Below, one piece after another: positions 10,193-22,734 of a stretch of DNA of 64,000 nt (the first letter of the stretch is position 1; the number at the start of each line of letters is the position of its first letter). The notes under the pieces were generated by a model, which had not been told where the DNA came from, did not search any database, and saw nothing but the letters and a program-made list of their open reading frames with translations. Position numbers and translations under genes: made by a program. The stretch spans positions 32,304,001 to 32,368,000 of the forward strand of contig CM059433.1 in the NCBI GenBank assembly GCA_030390025.1, written 5' to 3'. This DNA is from Squalus acanthias. Taxonomy: Eukaryota.

Positions 10193-11452
10193 CTAAGCAA
10201 ATCTGGCCAAGATGAGTGCGTCCCTTGCATCCCGGGCAGCAATGCTCGCGTGCTGCTGCCGCTGGTTGATGCACCTCCGCAAGCTGTTCGTTGTCGCTCT
10301 CCTCCACCTCCTCCTCCTCCTCCTCATCATCATCAACCTCATCCTCATCTGAGGAGGCTATACAATGAGCCACTTGTACCTCAGGCAGCTGCAAGCCACG
10401 ATGCTCTGCAATGTTGTGAAGTGCACAGCAGACCACGACGATTCTGGAGACCCTGGCTGCTGAGTATTGCAGGGCTCCACCTGCTCTATCAAGGCATCTG
10501 AATCGCATCTTCAGCAAGCCAATGGTTTGCTCGATTATGGATCTGGTGGAAATGTGGCTGGAGTTGTAGCGCTCCTCAGCTTTGTTGGATGGGCTCCTCA
10601 ACGGCGTCATGAGCCACGTCTTCAGGGGATAGCCCTTGTCTCCAAGTAGCCATCCGCAAAGTTGGTCTGACGGACTGAAAAGCGGAGGCACACTAGACTG
10701 GCGCAGGATGAAGGAGTCATGGCAACTGCCAGGGTACTTGGCGCAAACATGCAAAATTTCCTTCTTGTGGTCACACACCAGCTGTACGTTGAGGGAGTGG
10801 AAGCGCTTGCGGTTGACAAAAATACCTGGATTGTGATGGGGTGCCGTAAGTCCACATGTGTGCAGTCAACGACGACCTGCACCCTTGGAAAGCCTGCCAG
10901 ATTAGCAAATCCAACTGCATGCATGGTTACACTTGCTTGATCCTTGGAGAATTTGATGTAATTGTGCGTGATGGCAAAGAGGGCATCGGTTACCTGCATG
11001 ATGCAAGTGTGTGAGCCTGCCTGGGAGATGCCGCTGATGTCTGTTGTTGATCCCTGGAATGAGCCTGAAGCAAAAAAGTTGAGTGCGGTGGTGACTTTGA
11101 TGGCCACTGGTAAGGGGTGTCCACCCGCTCCTCTGGGCTCCAGGTCTTGCTGCAGCATTGCGCATATGTTACCCACTACCTGTTGCGAAAGTCTGAGCCT
11201 CCTTTGGCACTGCTGCTCAGTCATGTTGAGGTAGCTCATCCTCTGACTGTTTTGGGGGTATCTCTTGCGGTGACGTGCTTCCATGCGCTGGCGCCTTCTG
11301 GCTTGTGCAGCTTCAGGTGGGTGAGCAGCAGCTTGGTGCTCCTGTTGTTGCTCCTGCTGTTGGTGCTGCTGTTGTTCCAGATGCTGCTGCTGCCGCGGCA
11401 AGTCTTCGTCCGAATCCGATGTCCAGGAGGAAAGGAAATAAATGGTTCCCAT
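10193..11452 (-). pseudogene. Harbinger (HARBI1-like) DDE transposase, frameshifted
   Basis: [66 protein letters not shown]; split over ORFs 10622..11452 and 10077..10778. Confidence 0.92.
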
Positions 11453-12607
11453 ACTTCTGGTATATATCTCAGTTGAGGAAGCGCTCAGTCAATGTGGGGA
11501 GAGGGGTTTCCCAGGAGGTCACACTGGAGATGGATCTCAGCCTCAAAATTTCCACAATGAGTAGGCTAAAAGTTCCCCCAGACCTGAGAAAACAAAGTTC
11601 TGCCACCTGCAAATAATCAGTGTTGAAAATTCCTTTTTAATGGTGGAGCTGCAGCTGTTAGTAAGCCATCCACTTGTGAGGCCACCAGGATTAACTGGTG
11701 TGTTCCAGCGGAGACGTGCAGCACGGGGGAAATGTGTTAAAGTTAGAAAGGCCTCTCAAAATGGCATTATAGATGCAATGAAGTGCTTGTTAAGTGCCTT
11801 AAGGGCCTATCCCCCCTCTTGGAGGCGGGATTTAAATGGGGTCTGAAAGGCCGCTTTTGGGAAAATTGATCAGAGGCGGGCTGGAGGCGGAATCGGAGCC
11901 ACCCGCCATTTTTTGCTATTTTAACACCTCACTCGCCTCCAAACCCGCCTCCTTGGGCCTGGCAAAATCCAGCCCTTTGTGTCCTCCTCACAACTTGCTT
12001 TTCCACCTATCATTGTATCATCAGCAAATTTGGCTACAGTACACACAGTCCGTTCATCCAAGTCATTAATATAGATTGTAAATAGTTGAGGCCCCAGCAC
12101 TGATCCCTGTGGGACCCCACTAGTTACAGTTTGCCAACCGGAAAAAGATCCATTTATCCCGACTCTTTGTTTTCTGTTAGTTAGCCAATCCTCTATCCAT
12201 GCTAATATATTACCCCCAATCTCGTGAGCACTTATCTTGTGCAGTAACCTTTTATGTGGCACCTTATCGAATGTCTTCTGGAAATCCAAATACACTACAC
12301 CTACTGGTTCCCCTTTTGCCACCCTGCTCGTTACACCCTCAAAGAACTCTAGTAAATTTGTCAAACACGATTTCCCTTTCATAAAACCATGTTGACTCTG
12401 CTTGATTGTATTATGATTTTCTAAATGTCCTGCTATTACTTCCTTAATAATGGATTCCAGCATTTTACCAATGACAGATGTTAGGCTAACTGGCCTATAG
12501 TTTCCTGCTTTTTGCCTCCCTCCTTTCTTGAATAGGGGAGTTACATTTGCGGTTTTCTAATCCGCTGGGACCTCTCCAGAATCCAGGGAATTTTGGTAGA
12601 TTACAAT

Positions 12608-13351
12608 GGCCCAGAAATTGATCTCGCTCTGTTCCCGTGGGGGTAAGGAACAGGCGCGATCTCTCACTCCGCGTTGGCTTTTTCAGATCCAGCTCGCATG
12701 AACTTGATGTTCCAGACATCAGCTGGGCAGTGCTTGCGTATCCCACCGGCGTAGTGAATTCGTGCGAGCTGTGGGATCACGTGACTCAGTTAGAGCCAAT
12801 GGCAGCACACCATCTTCCATTCATAAGTTTCACATACGTGCTGTGAAAGCTATGAATCTTACACCCCCCCAAAATAACAGCTAAACCTCAATTAAATTTT
12901 TTTAAAAAACCATCACATTAATAAAATAAGTATAGTTAAATAAATTAACCATTTTAAATAAAAAATTAAATTTTTGAAAAAATTTAAAATCTTTTAAAAA
13001 GTTACAAAAATAAACTTACCTGTCTTTAAAGTCTCTAAAAAAGATATACCCGTTAAAAAAAATTCAAAATAATACTTAATTCACTACTTACCTTGTTAAA
13101 AGTGGGTCTTACTCCTCCTTTTTCCATTTCTAAAATCTTCCGTCCTTACCTGCGCGTCCAAAGCACTAAGTGCACAGCGTGCGCGCAGCCTGTAGCGCGC
13201 ACGCGATGCACCGAGGAACCGCCCACTTTTCCAAAGACCAAGTGCCGGTTTTCAGCGCATGCGCAGGGCATGCAGAAAACCGGCAATTGGAGAGAGAATA
13301 CGCGAGAGTACGCAGTGCGTACTCTCGCGCAGCGGGATCAATTTTTGGCCC
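12608..13351. mobile_element. Harbinger-type MITE
   Basis: 21-bp imperfect TIR (GGCCCAGAAATTGATCTCGCT vs GGGCCAAAAATTGATCCCGCT), TSD AAT/ATT, AT-rich core, inside CR1. Confidence 0.8.
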
Positions 13352-15479
13352 ATTCAATGCATCCACTATCTCTGCAGCCACTTCTTTTAAGACCCTAGGG
13401 TGCAGGCCATTGGGTCCAGGGGACTTGTCAGCCTTCAGTCCCATGAGTTTGCCTAGTACTTTTTCTCTAGTGATAGTCATTGTTTTAAGTTCCTCCCTCC
13501 CTTTAGCCCCTTGATTATCAATTATTATTGGATGCTTTTAGTGTCTTCTACTGTGAAGACCAATACAAAGTATTTGTTCAAAGTCTCTGCCATTTCCCTG
13601 TTTCCCATTATTAATTCCCCAGTCCCATCCTCTAAGGGACTAATGTTTACTTTAGCAACTCTCTTCCCTTTTATATACCTGTAGAAGCTCTTACTGTCAG
13701 TTTTTATATTTTTTGCTAGTTTACTTTCATCATCTATCTTCTCCCTCTTTATTATTTTTTTAGTCATCCTTTGCTGGTTTCTAAAAATTTCCCAATCCTC
13801 TGGCCTACCACTAATTTTCGCAACATATTATGCTTTTTCTTTCATTTTGGTACCATCCTTAACTTCCTTAGTTAGCCACAGATGGTTCATCCTTCTCATA
13901 CTGTCTTTCTTTCTCACTGGAATAAACCTTTGCTGAGAGTTATGAAATATCTCCTTAAATGTCTGCCACTGCTTATCTACTGTCTTACCCTTTAATCTAT
14001 TTTCCCAGTCTACATTAGCCAATTCTGTCTTCATACCTTTGTAATTGCCTTTATTTAAGTTTAGGACACTAGTTTCAGACCCAACTTTCTCACCCTCAAA
14101 CTGAATTTGAAATTCTATCATGCTATGATCACTCTTCCCGAGAGGATCCTTTACTATGAGATCATTAATTAATCCTGTCTCATTAAAAATTACCTGATCT
14201 AAAATAACTTTCTCCCTGGTTGGTTCCACAACATATTGTTTTAAGAAACCATCCCGAATACATTCTATGAACTCGTCCTCAAGGCTACCCTTGCCAATTT
14301 GATTTGTCCAATCTATATGAAGATTAAAATCGCCCATGATTATCACAGTAGCTTTCTTACAAGCCCCTATTATTTATTGATTTATACTCTGTCCTACAGT
14401 GTAGATACTGTTAGGGGGCCTATCGATTACTCCCACCAGTGACTTATTTCCCTTACTATTTCTTATCTACACCCAAACTGATTCTACATCCTGCTCTTCT
14501 GAGCCAATATCATTTCTCACCACTGCACTGATCTCATCCTTTATTAACAGAGCTACCCCACCTCCTTTTCATTTCTGCCTATATTTCCGAAATGTCAAAT
14601 AACCCTGAATATTCAGTTCCCAGCCTTGGTCACCTTGCAACCACGTCTCTGTAATGGCTATCAGATCATACCCATTTATTTCTATTTGTGCCGTTAACTC
14701 ATCTATCTTGTTACGAATACTGCGTGCATTCAGATAAAGAGCATTTAATTTTTTCTTTATACCATTTTTACCTACTCTGAAACTATTTGCTGGTGCACGC
14801 TTATGTTCGTACGTTCTGTCTTCTCCTGTCACACTCTGGTTATCATTACCCCTATTGCTACCCTGCACTATTGCCTTCTCCTTTCTCTTTGACTTTCAAA
14901 ATTCCCCTTCACCTGAACCCTCCCCGCCCCCCCCCCCCCACTATTTAGTTTAGTTCTTAGTTCTGCACAGATGATAAACTTACTTGCTTTATAATTTTAA
15001 CACCCGTGACTTGAAAATAAATTACTTTTCTTTTTCTTTTCTTTTTTAGAAACATTTTTCACAAGCTTTCTTCAAATATCCAATTTCCATTTATCCCCAT
15101 GTTCCCTGTACTTTTGAAGGTCATAGGAGATCACATTCACTCTCAGATGATTGACAGCAAATCATTGTTGATGATGAGCCACTCAATTTTCAAGGATAAA
15201 GATTAGGCTGCAGGGAAGGGGAGAGAAATAGGACTTCCCATGATTTTGGTCAAGCAAATTCCTGCGCTATTCTGTTATTATGACATGTTGAAGTAGTGCT
15301 GTCCATAACTATTAAATAAAGTGCCTCTGAAGGCATTTTATTTACAAGGTGGACAAAGTAGGCTAAAAATTAGATTGAATGCATTGTCGTAACGTACTAG
15401 CCAGTTTAGGAATGGCTCGTTGATCTGAGTGTCGTGGAGCCGAGATCTTTAACATCCTAAACATAAAGAAAGGAAAGAA

Positions 15480-15795
15480 AGTAAAGAAAGAAAGACCCAA
15501 ATTAATATCGCGCCTTTCACGGCCTCAGGGCATCCCAAAGCATTTTACAGCCAATGAAATTCTTTTGAAGTGTAGTCACTGTTGTAATGTAGGAAACGCA
15601 GCAGCTAATTTACACACAGCAAACTCCCACAAACAGCAAGTGTCACTGATCAGATAATCTGCTCTTTTAAGTGAGGTTGGTTGAGGGAGACCTGGGAGAA
15701 CTCCCCGCTCTTCTTCGAAATAGTGCCATGGCATCTTCTACATCCACCCAAGAGTGCACACGGGGCCTCGGTTTAATGTCTCATCCGAAAGATGG
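15480..15795 (-). mobile_element. Deu-domain SINE (AmnSINE1/SacSINE1-like), partial
   Basis: Reverse complement of the Deu core and tail (...cctacattacaacagtgactacacttcaaaag...). Confidence 0.8.
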
Positions 15796-16085
15796 TGAAA
15801 TGGCAAATCCTCCCACTGTATACGGAGCACAGCTTTGAAACCATTCAAAAATCTATTTATTGTTTAAATATAAATCACAGCAGGTTTGCATCTTCACTGA
15901 CATCATGAATACTGCAAACTGGCTTGAAGCCAGAAATTCCTGATGACACTGCTGCTTTGAGGACTACACTAGTTCATATTCAACAGGTGCGGAGATATAG
16001 ACTGTGACACTTCTTCCCAACACTGGCTGTTGATGTACTAAGAAAGGAGGAAAAGAGCGAAGGAAAATCATTGAGGAAGGCAAAA

Positions 16086-17015
16086 AAAGACTTGCATTTA
16101 TATAGCACCTTTCACGACCACTGGACGCCCCAAAGCACTTTACAGTCAATGAAGTACTTTTTGAAGTGCAGTCACTGTTGTAATGTAGGAAACGTGGCAG
16201 CCAATTTGCGCACAGCAAGCTCCCACAAACAGTAATGTGATAATGACCAGATACACTGTTTTAGTGATGTTGAGTGAAAGATAAATATTGGAGAGGACAC
16301 CAGGGATAACTCCCCTGCTCTTTTTCAAAATAATGCCATGGGATCGTTTATGTCCACCTGAAAGAACAGACTGGGCCTTGGTTTAACATCTCATCTGAAA
16401 GGCAGCACCTCCGACAGTGCAGCACTCCCTCAGTACCACACTCCCTCAGTACCGCACTGGAGTGTCAACCTAGATTTATGCACTCATATCTCCTGGAGTG
16501 GGACTTGAACCCACAACATAGAAACATAGAAACATAGAAACATAGAATCTAGGAGCAGGAGTAGGCCATTCGGCCCGTCGAGCCTGCTCCGCCATTCAAT
16601 ATGATCATGGCTGATCATCCAAATCCAGTACCCTGTCCCTGCTTTAATCCCCACAGTACACATATCCCACCCTACCCCCGTAACCCCACGTATTTAATTC
16701 CCCCTAACATATCCCATCCTATCCCCATAACCCCACATATTTAATCCCCCCTAACACTAAGGGTCAATTTATCATAGCCAAATCAACCTAACCCACACAT
16801 TTTTGGACTGTGGGAGGAAACCGGAGCACCCGGAGGAAACCCACGCAGACACGGGGAGAATGTGCAAACTCCACACAGACAGTCACCCGAGGTCAGATTC
16901 GAACCCGGGTCTCTGGCGCTGTGAGGCACCAGTGCTAACCACTATGCCACCGTGTTGCCCATGCAACCTTCATGAATCAGAGCCAAGAGTGCTACCCACT
17001 GAGCCACAGCTGACA
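16086..17015 (-). mobile_element. Deu-domain SINE with tRNA-like head, split by an HE1-like SINE at about 16517-16961
   Basis: Head tgtggctcagtgggtagcac (A box) and gggttcaagtccc (B box), Deu core, tail aggtgctatataaatgcaag. Confidence 0.85.
16517..16961 (-). mobile_element. HE1-like V-SINE (tRNA head, V domain, CR1-derived tail)
   Basis: ggtggcatagtggttagcac...gggttcgaatc head; V domain gtgtggagtttgcacattctccccgtgtctgcgtgggtttcctccggg; CR1 3' tail with (TTTCTATG)n. Confidence 0.88.
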
Positions 17016-17074
17016 CCTGGATTAAGTATAATTATAAAAACAAACTGGAAAAATTAGAAAAAAGATGAAAGCGA

Positions 17075-17450
17075 AGAGACCTCAGGAGATTTAATAGAGG
17101 TGTTCAAAATCATGAAGAGTTTTGACTGAGTAGATGGGGAGAAACTGCTTCCACTGGCAGGAGGGTCTTTAACCAAAGGACACAGATTTAAGATAATTGG
17201 CAAAAGAGCCAGGTGAGAATTATTTTTACACAGAGCGTTGTTTTGATCTGGAATGCACTGCCTGAAAGGGTGGTGGAAGTAGATTCAATAGTAACTTTCA
17301 AAAGAGAAGTGGATATAAACTTAAAAAAGGAAAAATTTACAGGGCTACGGGGAAAGGGCAGTGGAGTGGGATTAATTGGATAGCTCTTTCAAAGAGCTGG
17401 CACAGGCACAATGGGCCGAATGGCCTCCTTCTGTGCTATATCATTCTATA
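17075..17450 (+). mobile_element. CR1 3' fragment
   Basis: GDLIEVFKIMK-like coding remnant and ...gggccgaatggcctccttctgtgct tail. Confidence 0.75.
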
Positions 17451-18848
17451 AGAGTGAACAAACTTCACATCATAAAGAATCTAATTAACTGAAATGAATT
17501 GCCCTTGAAATCCTTTTCTTTTCTTCTGTCAATCACCAAATTGTTTTGATTCAAGCTATACTTCCTTAATAAACATAAACAAAAACACTATCTGAAATTG
17601 CTCTGTCCAACAATAAAATAAGTTTTATTCTGTGAGTTCCTATCTCTATAATTTACAGTGTGATTGTATGTCAATCAAAATCTCCAAGAGCTGTGAAGCT
17701 GAGGTGATAAAAAGAATTGCTATGGAGTTATTGCATTATATTAGTCTGAAGAATGGTAAATGGAAAAGTCAAATAGGGTTAATTGTTTGAGATCATGCCG
17801 TTGAAAGAGAACCTCACCTGCTAGAACTGCATATCAAAACACAGCGGGCGCACTATGATTGAGCACCTGCTACAGATAGCAAATAAATTCCCCTGATAGG
17901 GGCACTAATGATGAAATTTACCCCTGTATGTGTTTTTGCTGCAATACTGAAATGAGTTGGCGACTTTGCATAAATGCATCATCATCAGCATCACTGGAAC
18001 ATTTTCACTAATACACCTTGTATTTATATAGCAGCTTTAACATAGCAAAACATACAAAGGCTCATCAGCGAATATGATCAAAACCATGGACGTTGAGCCA
18101 AAGGAGGATTTATTCGGAGGGGTACCACAAAGCCTAAAATAATACAGGCAGCAGAGTTTTGATGAGCTGAAGTTTCTGGAGGGCAGAGGGTGTGAAGTTC
18201 TCCAGGATAGTCGAGTCTGGAGGTGACAGAGGCATGAATGATCATTTGAAATGACCTACAATTAGACAGCAGTGTATAAAGAGTACTACTTTAATCAACT
18301 TGTGATTCCACCAAACACTGCTCATGTAATCTGATTTACTCATAGTATGTTACATGGCGGTTTATCAGGAGTACCCCGTCCCAATGGAAAATGGAAGCAT
18401 GGGAACTCACTCCTGTAAGTCCAGAGTTCACTGACCATTCATAGGGATGTCAGGTGTTAGGTCAGTGGCTCAATGGAAGATTTCATAAGCTTACGAAGCA
18501 CCAAGTTCAAACTTAACATAGGATCCTAAAGCTACAACAGAAAGAATGATTAGCCCTGCATTTCAAGACATAAGATGATCTACTTTTAAGTGAACCACAT
18601 CTAGAGATGGTGAAAGCCTGTACAGCAGTCATATGTACCCCAAAGGCGCATGGGTTTCAGTCCCTCATCTGGCAGCTCCAACAGATAGCACAAAACCTGC
18701 ATCATTTCAGAAGACAAATGGTCGAGCACTTGCTCCAAACACTACATGGTGAACTTTCTTCTACTTGTAGGTCCAACATTTTTCAGTAGTTGGATTACAG
18801 TGTTAATTAGATAGAGATAGAGATAGAAGTAAAGAGAGAGATAGATAA

Positions 18849-18952
18849 AAAGACCTGCATTTAAATAGTGACTTTCATGACCTTAGGACATCCCAAAGCG
18901 ATTTACAGCCAATTAAGTATTTTTGAAGTGCAGTCATTGTTGTAATGTAGGA
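18849..18952 (-). mobile_element. Deu-SINE 3' fragment
   Basis: Matches the tails of the other Deu-SINE copies. Confidence 0.7.
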
Positions 18953-18969
18953 ATAATGTTGTAATATAA

Positions 18970-19269
18970 CCATCAGAGCTCCTAACAATAACCTAATGAC
19001 GTATTTGAATCAGAAAGGCTTTCATTCCATCAATGTGCTGATTGATGAGTTCCTATCTGTATGTAGCCCCCATAAAAAGTGCAAATCCATAGTCCCAGCA
19101 GCAGAGAAGTGTTTTGCTCTAGCCCTGCCTTCATGTTGTTCCTCCTCCTTTGCCATCTCCTCACTTCTGCTGTTTGCTTCACCAGGTGTTCTCTCCATTC
19201 TGATTCACCTGAGGTGGATGAACATGAGTTGGTGCCTGCGTGGTCATGAGTGCTCGATGGGTACTCATG
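18970..19269. mobile_element. Old Harbinger transposase fragments
   Basis: IRAPNNNLMTYLNQKGFHSINV on + matches the HARBI1-type motif NRKGFHSINVQ. Confidence 0.55.
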
Positions 19270-21365
19270 CAAGGAACATAAAAGTGGACTGTAAAAGCTT
19301 CTACAAGAATGTAAAAAGAAAAATGTTAGCGAAGACAAATGTCGGTCCCTTACAGTCAGAAACGGGAGAATTTATAATGGGGAACAAGGAAATTGCAGAG
19401 CAATTAAACAAATACTTTGGTTCTGTTTTCACAGAAGAGGACACAAATAACTTCCCAGAAATGCTAGGGAACCAAGGGTCTAGTGAGAAGGAGGAATTAA
19501 AGGAAATTAGTATTAGTAAAAAAATAGTGCTGGAGAAATTAATGGGACTGAAAGCCGATAAATCCCCAGGGCCTGATAATCTGCATCCCAGAGTACTAAA
19601 AGAGGTAGCCATGGAAATAGTGGATGCATTGGTTGTCATCTTCCAAAATTCTATAGATTATGGAACAGTTCCTGCAGATCGGAGGGTGGCAAATGTAACC
19701 CCACTATTTAAAAAAGGAGGGAGAGTGAAAACAGGGAACTACAGACCGGTTGGCCTAACATCAGTAGTGGGGAAAATGCTAGAGTCTATTATAAAGGATG
19801 TGATAACAGGACACTTAGAAAATATCAACAGGATTAGACAAAGTCAACATGGATTTATGAAAGGGAAATCGTGTTTGACAAACCTACTGGAGTTTTTTGA
19901 GGATGTAACTGGTAGAATAGATAAGGCAGAACCAGTGGATGTGGTGTATTTGGATTTTCAGAAGGCCTTTGATAAAGTCCCACATAAGAGGTTAGTGTGC
20001 AAAATTAAAGCACATGGGATTGGGGGTAATATACTGGCATGGATTGAAAATTGGTTAACAGACAGGAAACAGAGAGTAGGAATAAATGGGTCTTTTTCGG
20101 AGTGGCAGGCGGTGACTAGTGGGGTACTGCAGGGATCAGTGCTTGGGCCCCAGCTATTCACAATATATATCAATGATTTGGATGAGGGAACCAAATGTAA
20201 TATTTCCAAGTTTGCTGACGACACCAAACTAGGTGGGATTGTGAGTTGTGAGGAGGATGCAAAGAGGCTTCAAGGCGATTTACACAAGTTGAGTGAGTGG
20301 GCAAATATATGGCAGATGCAGTATAATGTGGATAAATGTGAAGTTATCCACTTCGGTAGGAAAAACAGAAAGGCAGAGTATTATTTAAATGATGATAGAT
20401 TGGGAAATGTTGATGTACAGCGGGACTTGGGTGTCCTTGTACACCAGTCACTGAAAGCAAACATGCAGGTGCAGCAAGCAGTTAGGAAGGCAAATGGTAT
20501 GTTGGCCTTCATTGCAAGAGGATTTGAGTACAGGAGCAAGGATGTCTTACTACAGTTGAGAGGTCGCACAACACCAGGTTATAGTCCAACAGTTTTATTT
20601 GAAATCACAAGCTTTCGGAGCTATCGATCGCCCCTTCCTCAGGTTCACCTGAGGAAGGGGCGATCGATAGCTCCGAAAGCTTGTGAATTCAATTAAAACT
20701 GTTGGACTATAACCTGGTGTTGTGCGACCTCTCAAATTTGTCCACCCCAGTCCAACACCGGCATCTCTGCATCATTACTACAGTTGTACAGGGCCTTGGT
20801 GAGTCCACACCTGGAGTACTGTGTGCAGTTTTGGTCTCCTTACCTAAGTAATGATATACTTGCCATAGAGGGAGTGCAGCGAAGGTTCACCAGACTGATT
20901 CCTGGGATGGCAGGACTGTCGTATGAGGAGAGGTCGACTAGGCCTGTATCACTAGAGTTTAGAAGAATGAGAGGGGATCTCATTGAAATGTCTAAAATTC
21001 TGACAGGGCTAGACAGACTGGATGCAGGGAGGATGTTTCCCCTGGCTGGGGGGTCTAGAATGACGGGTCACAGTCTCAGGATAAGGGGTAGGACATTTAG
21101 GACTGAGATAAGGAGAAGTTTCTTCACTCAGAGGGTGGTGAACCTGTGGAATTCTCTACCACAGAAGGCTGTGGAGGCCAAGTCACTGAATATATTTAAG
21201 AAGGAAATAGATAGATTTCTAGACACAAAAAGCATCAAGGGGTATGGGGAGAGAGCGGGAATATGGTATTGAGATAGTGGATCAGCCATGATCATATTGT
21301 ATGGCGGAGCAGGCTCGAAGGGCCGAATGGCCTACCCCTGCTCCTATTTTTCTATGTTTCTATGT
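19270..21365 (+). mobile_element. CR1 LINE (RT half) interrupted by a PLE mini-element
   Basis: KSPGPDNLHPRVL, NYRPV, QHGF, FADDTKL, HLEYCVQFWSP; (TTTCTATG) tail. Confidence 0.93.
20559..20774 (+). mobile_element. Palindromic PLE mini-element, hammerhead at 20645-20686
   Basis: Inverted arms centred near 20645, then the tail ...CTGCATCA. Perfect TSD TTACTACAGTTG at 20547-20558 and 20775-20786. Confidence 0.92.
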
Positions 21366-21609
21366 GATGTGTCGGCTTCTTCCTCACCCCTTGGTGGCAT
21401 TGAAACAGAGAGGAAGGCAGCAAGCATTAGCATAGTGCACATTTCAAATGTTTCTGCATAAAATACTAAGGGTAATTCGATGAGTACCATGCAGTTGTTG
21501 GGCAGACATGTCTGTGTGTTACTGCGTGACTGTTAAAGGAAAAGCAAGAAGATGTTGTTGAAGAAAAGACTTGTTTTGTTGGACTGGAAGGGAGCTACCT
21601 TGCTCTCCC

Positions 21610-21688
21610 TGGCCCACACCCTCCTTTGCCCACACCTCCCTGGCCCACACCCTCCCCGGCCCACACCCTCCCCGGCTCACACCCTCCT
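21610..21688 (+). repeat. About 17-bp minisatellite (GGCCCACACCCTCCCC-like, about 4.5 units)
   Basis: Direct reading of the tandem units. Confidence 0.75.
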
Positions 21689-22734
21689 GCACTCCTCATT
21701 CTCCTTCCACTTGCAACAATAGCATGCCCTACACATAAGGAGTGCATGCTAAGGTGACCTTACTGAATCCAGTGAGGCCAACTCCACAGTCTCCTTGTCC
21801 AGTTATTTCTGTACATGCAGTCATCCAGGACTATTTTGTCCCAGAATCACAAAGTCAGCCCGATAAACTCTTGAGGACACGAACACATTGGTATTCCAAC
21901 TACCTTCTCAAACACATTAACTAACCTATAACCTAAATTATTTGAACATAATTTAAAAGGAGGACAAATTAAAATTTTAGAATAATGCCAATCGTAGAAA
22001 CTTGAAATGTAATTGAATTAGGGAAGAGTTGCAGAGACCAATCAATTAACATCTCTGTTTTTGCTCCCCATTAAATTAAGGTTCACAACTAATGTTTTGG
22101 TTGCAGGCCAAAAGTCTGCTGCTAATCCACCAATACAATTAGAAGAATATCCAGAAAGCCAAACATCTGATGGTTACAGCTGTCGGGTTGACACTTACCG
22201 CAGACTATATAATGGGTCACTGTGAGACTTAACAGATCTATTATAAAGCCAGCATATGGTGGAACAAGAATCATGTCAAATGCCAGCTGACCCTTGTCCC
22301 AGCTAATTTTTTCCTCTTGGTCGATCTCATTACAGTGATCACTTTTTGAATGCTAATGGTTGAATGCTTTGTAAATAAATTATACAGGGCATGCCTACTT
22401 AGACTTCACATATAGTAAACAGGAAAAAGTGCAGTGGCTGCAAAACAATCTGGTCACATTTTCTCAAGCAAACCACCAAGGTGAAGTTCCCGACTCTAAG
22501 GAGAAACTAATGCACTGAAGTGGAGTGAGAATTTTTATCGATGAATAAATGTTAGCAAAGGAAGACATCCCCTACCCCACCACCCCTACCCTCGCATCCC
22601 CACCCCGCTGTCACACAAAGAGGGACATAAGGATGCAGTGAAAAAAATTCAGAATAGTCTGAAGTGCAGGTTGAAGGCATTTATAAAACATACCTTCACA
22701 ACTAACTAATCACAATATCATACTCCCTGACCTT

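Larger units (their letters stand above)
7679..11975. mobile_element. Full-length-type PIF/Harbinger transposon (4.3 kb) with convergent Myb and transposase genes
   Basis: Ends GGGCTGGA... / ...TCCAGCCC; TSD TTT; the flanking CR1 sequence is contiguous when the element is removed. Confidence 0.93.
6559..14952 (-). mobile_element. CR1 LINE (near-complete decayed ORF2: APE endonuclease + RT) carrying three nested insertions
   Basis: LYLNARSI, IAITETWL, MGDFN, SDH (endonuclease); QHGFMKGKSCLTNL, YLDFQK, GVPQGSVLGP, FADD, RPHLEYCVQF; (TTCTTATG)n tail. Interrupted at 6639-6859, 7679-11975 and 12608-13351. Confidence 0.93.

Noticed and set aside
10077..11452. Domesticated HARBI1 / NAIF1 host genes
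   Set aside because: Frameshifted, multicopy and bounded by TIRs and TSDs, so these are transposon genes.
18600..18790. Open frames on both strands in apparently unique DNA
   Set aside because: No convincing splice sites or recognisable motif; may be an ancient transposase remnant.
18996..20696. 566-aa ORF that looks like a novel fusion protein
   Set aside because: Chance read-through of a Harbinger fragment, a truncated CR1 RT and the PLE mini-element arm; no evidence of a gene.
21610..21688. Short repeat array as CRISPR-like
   Set aside because: Tandem units without unique spacers, in eukaryotic DNA with no cas genes.
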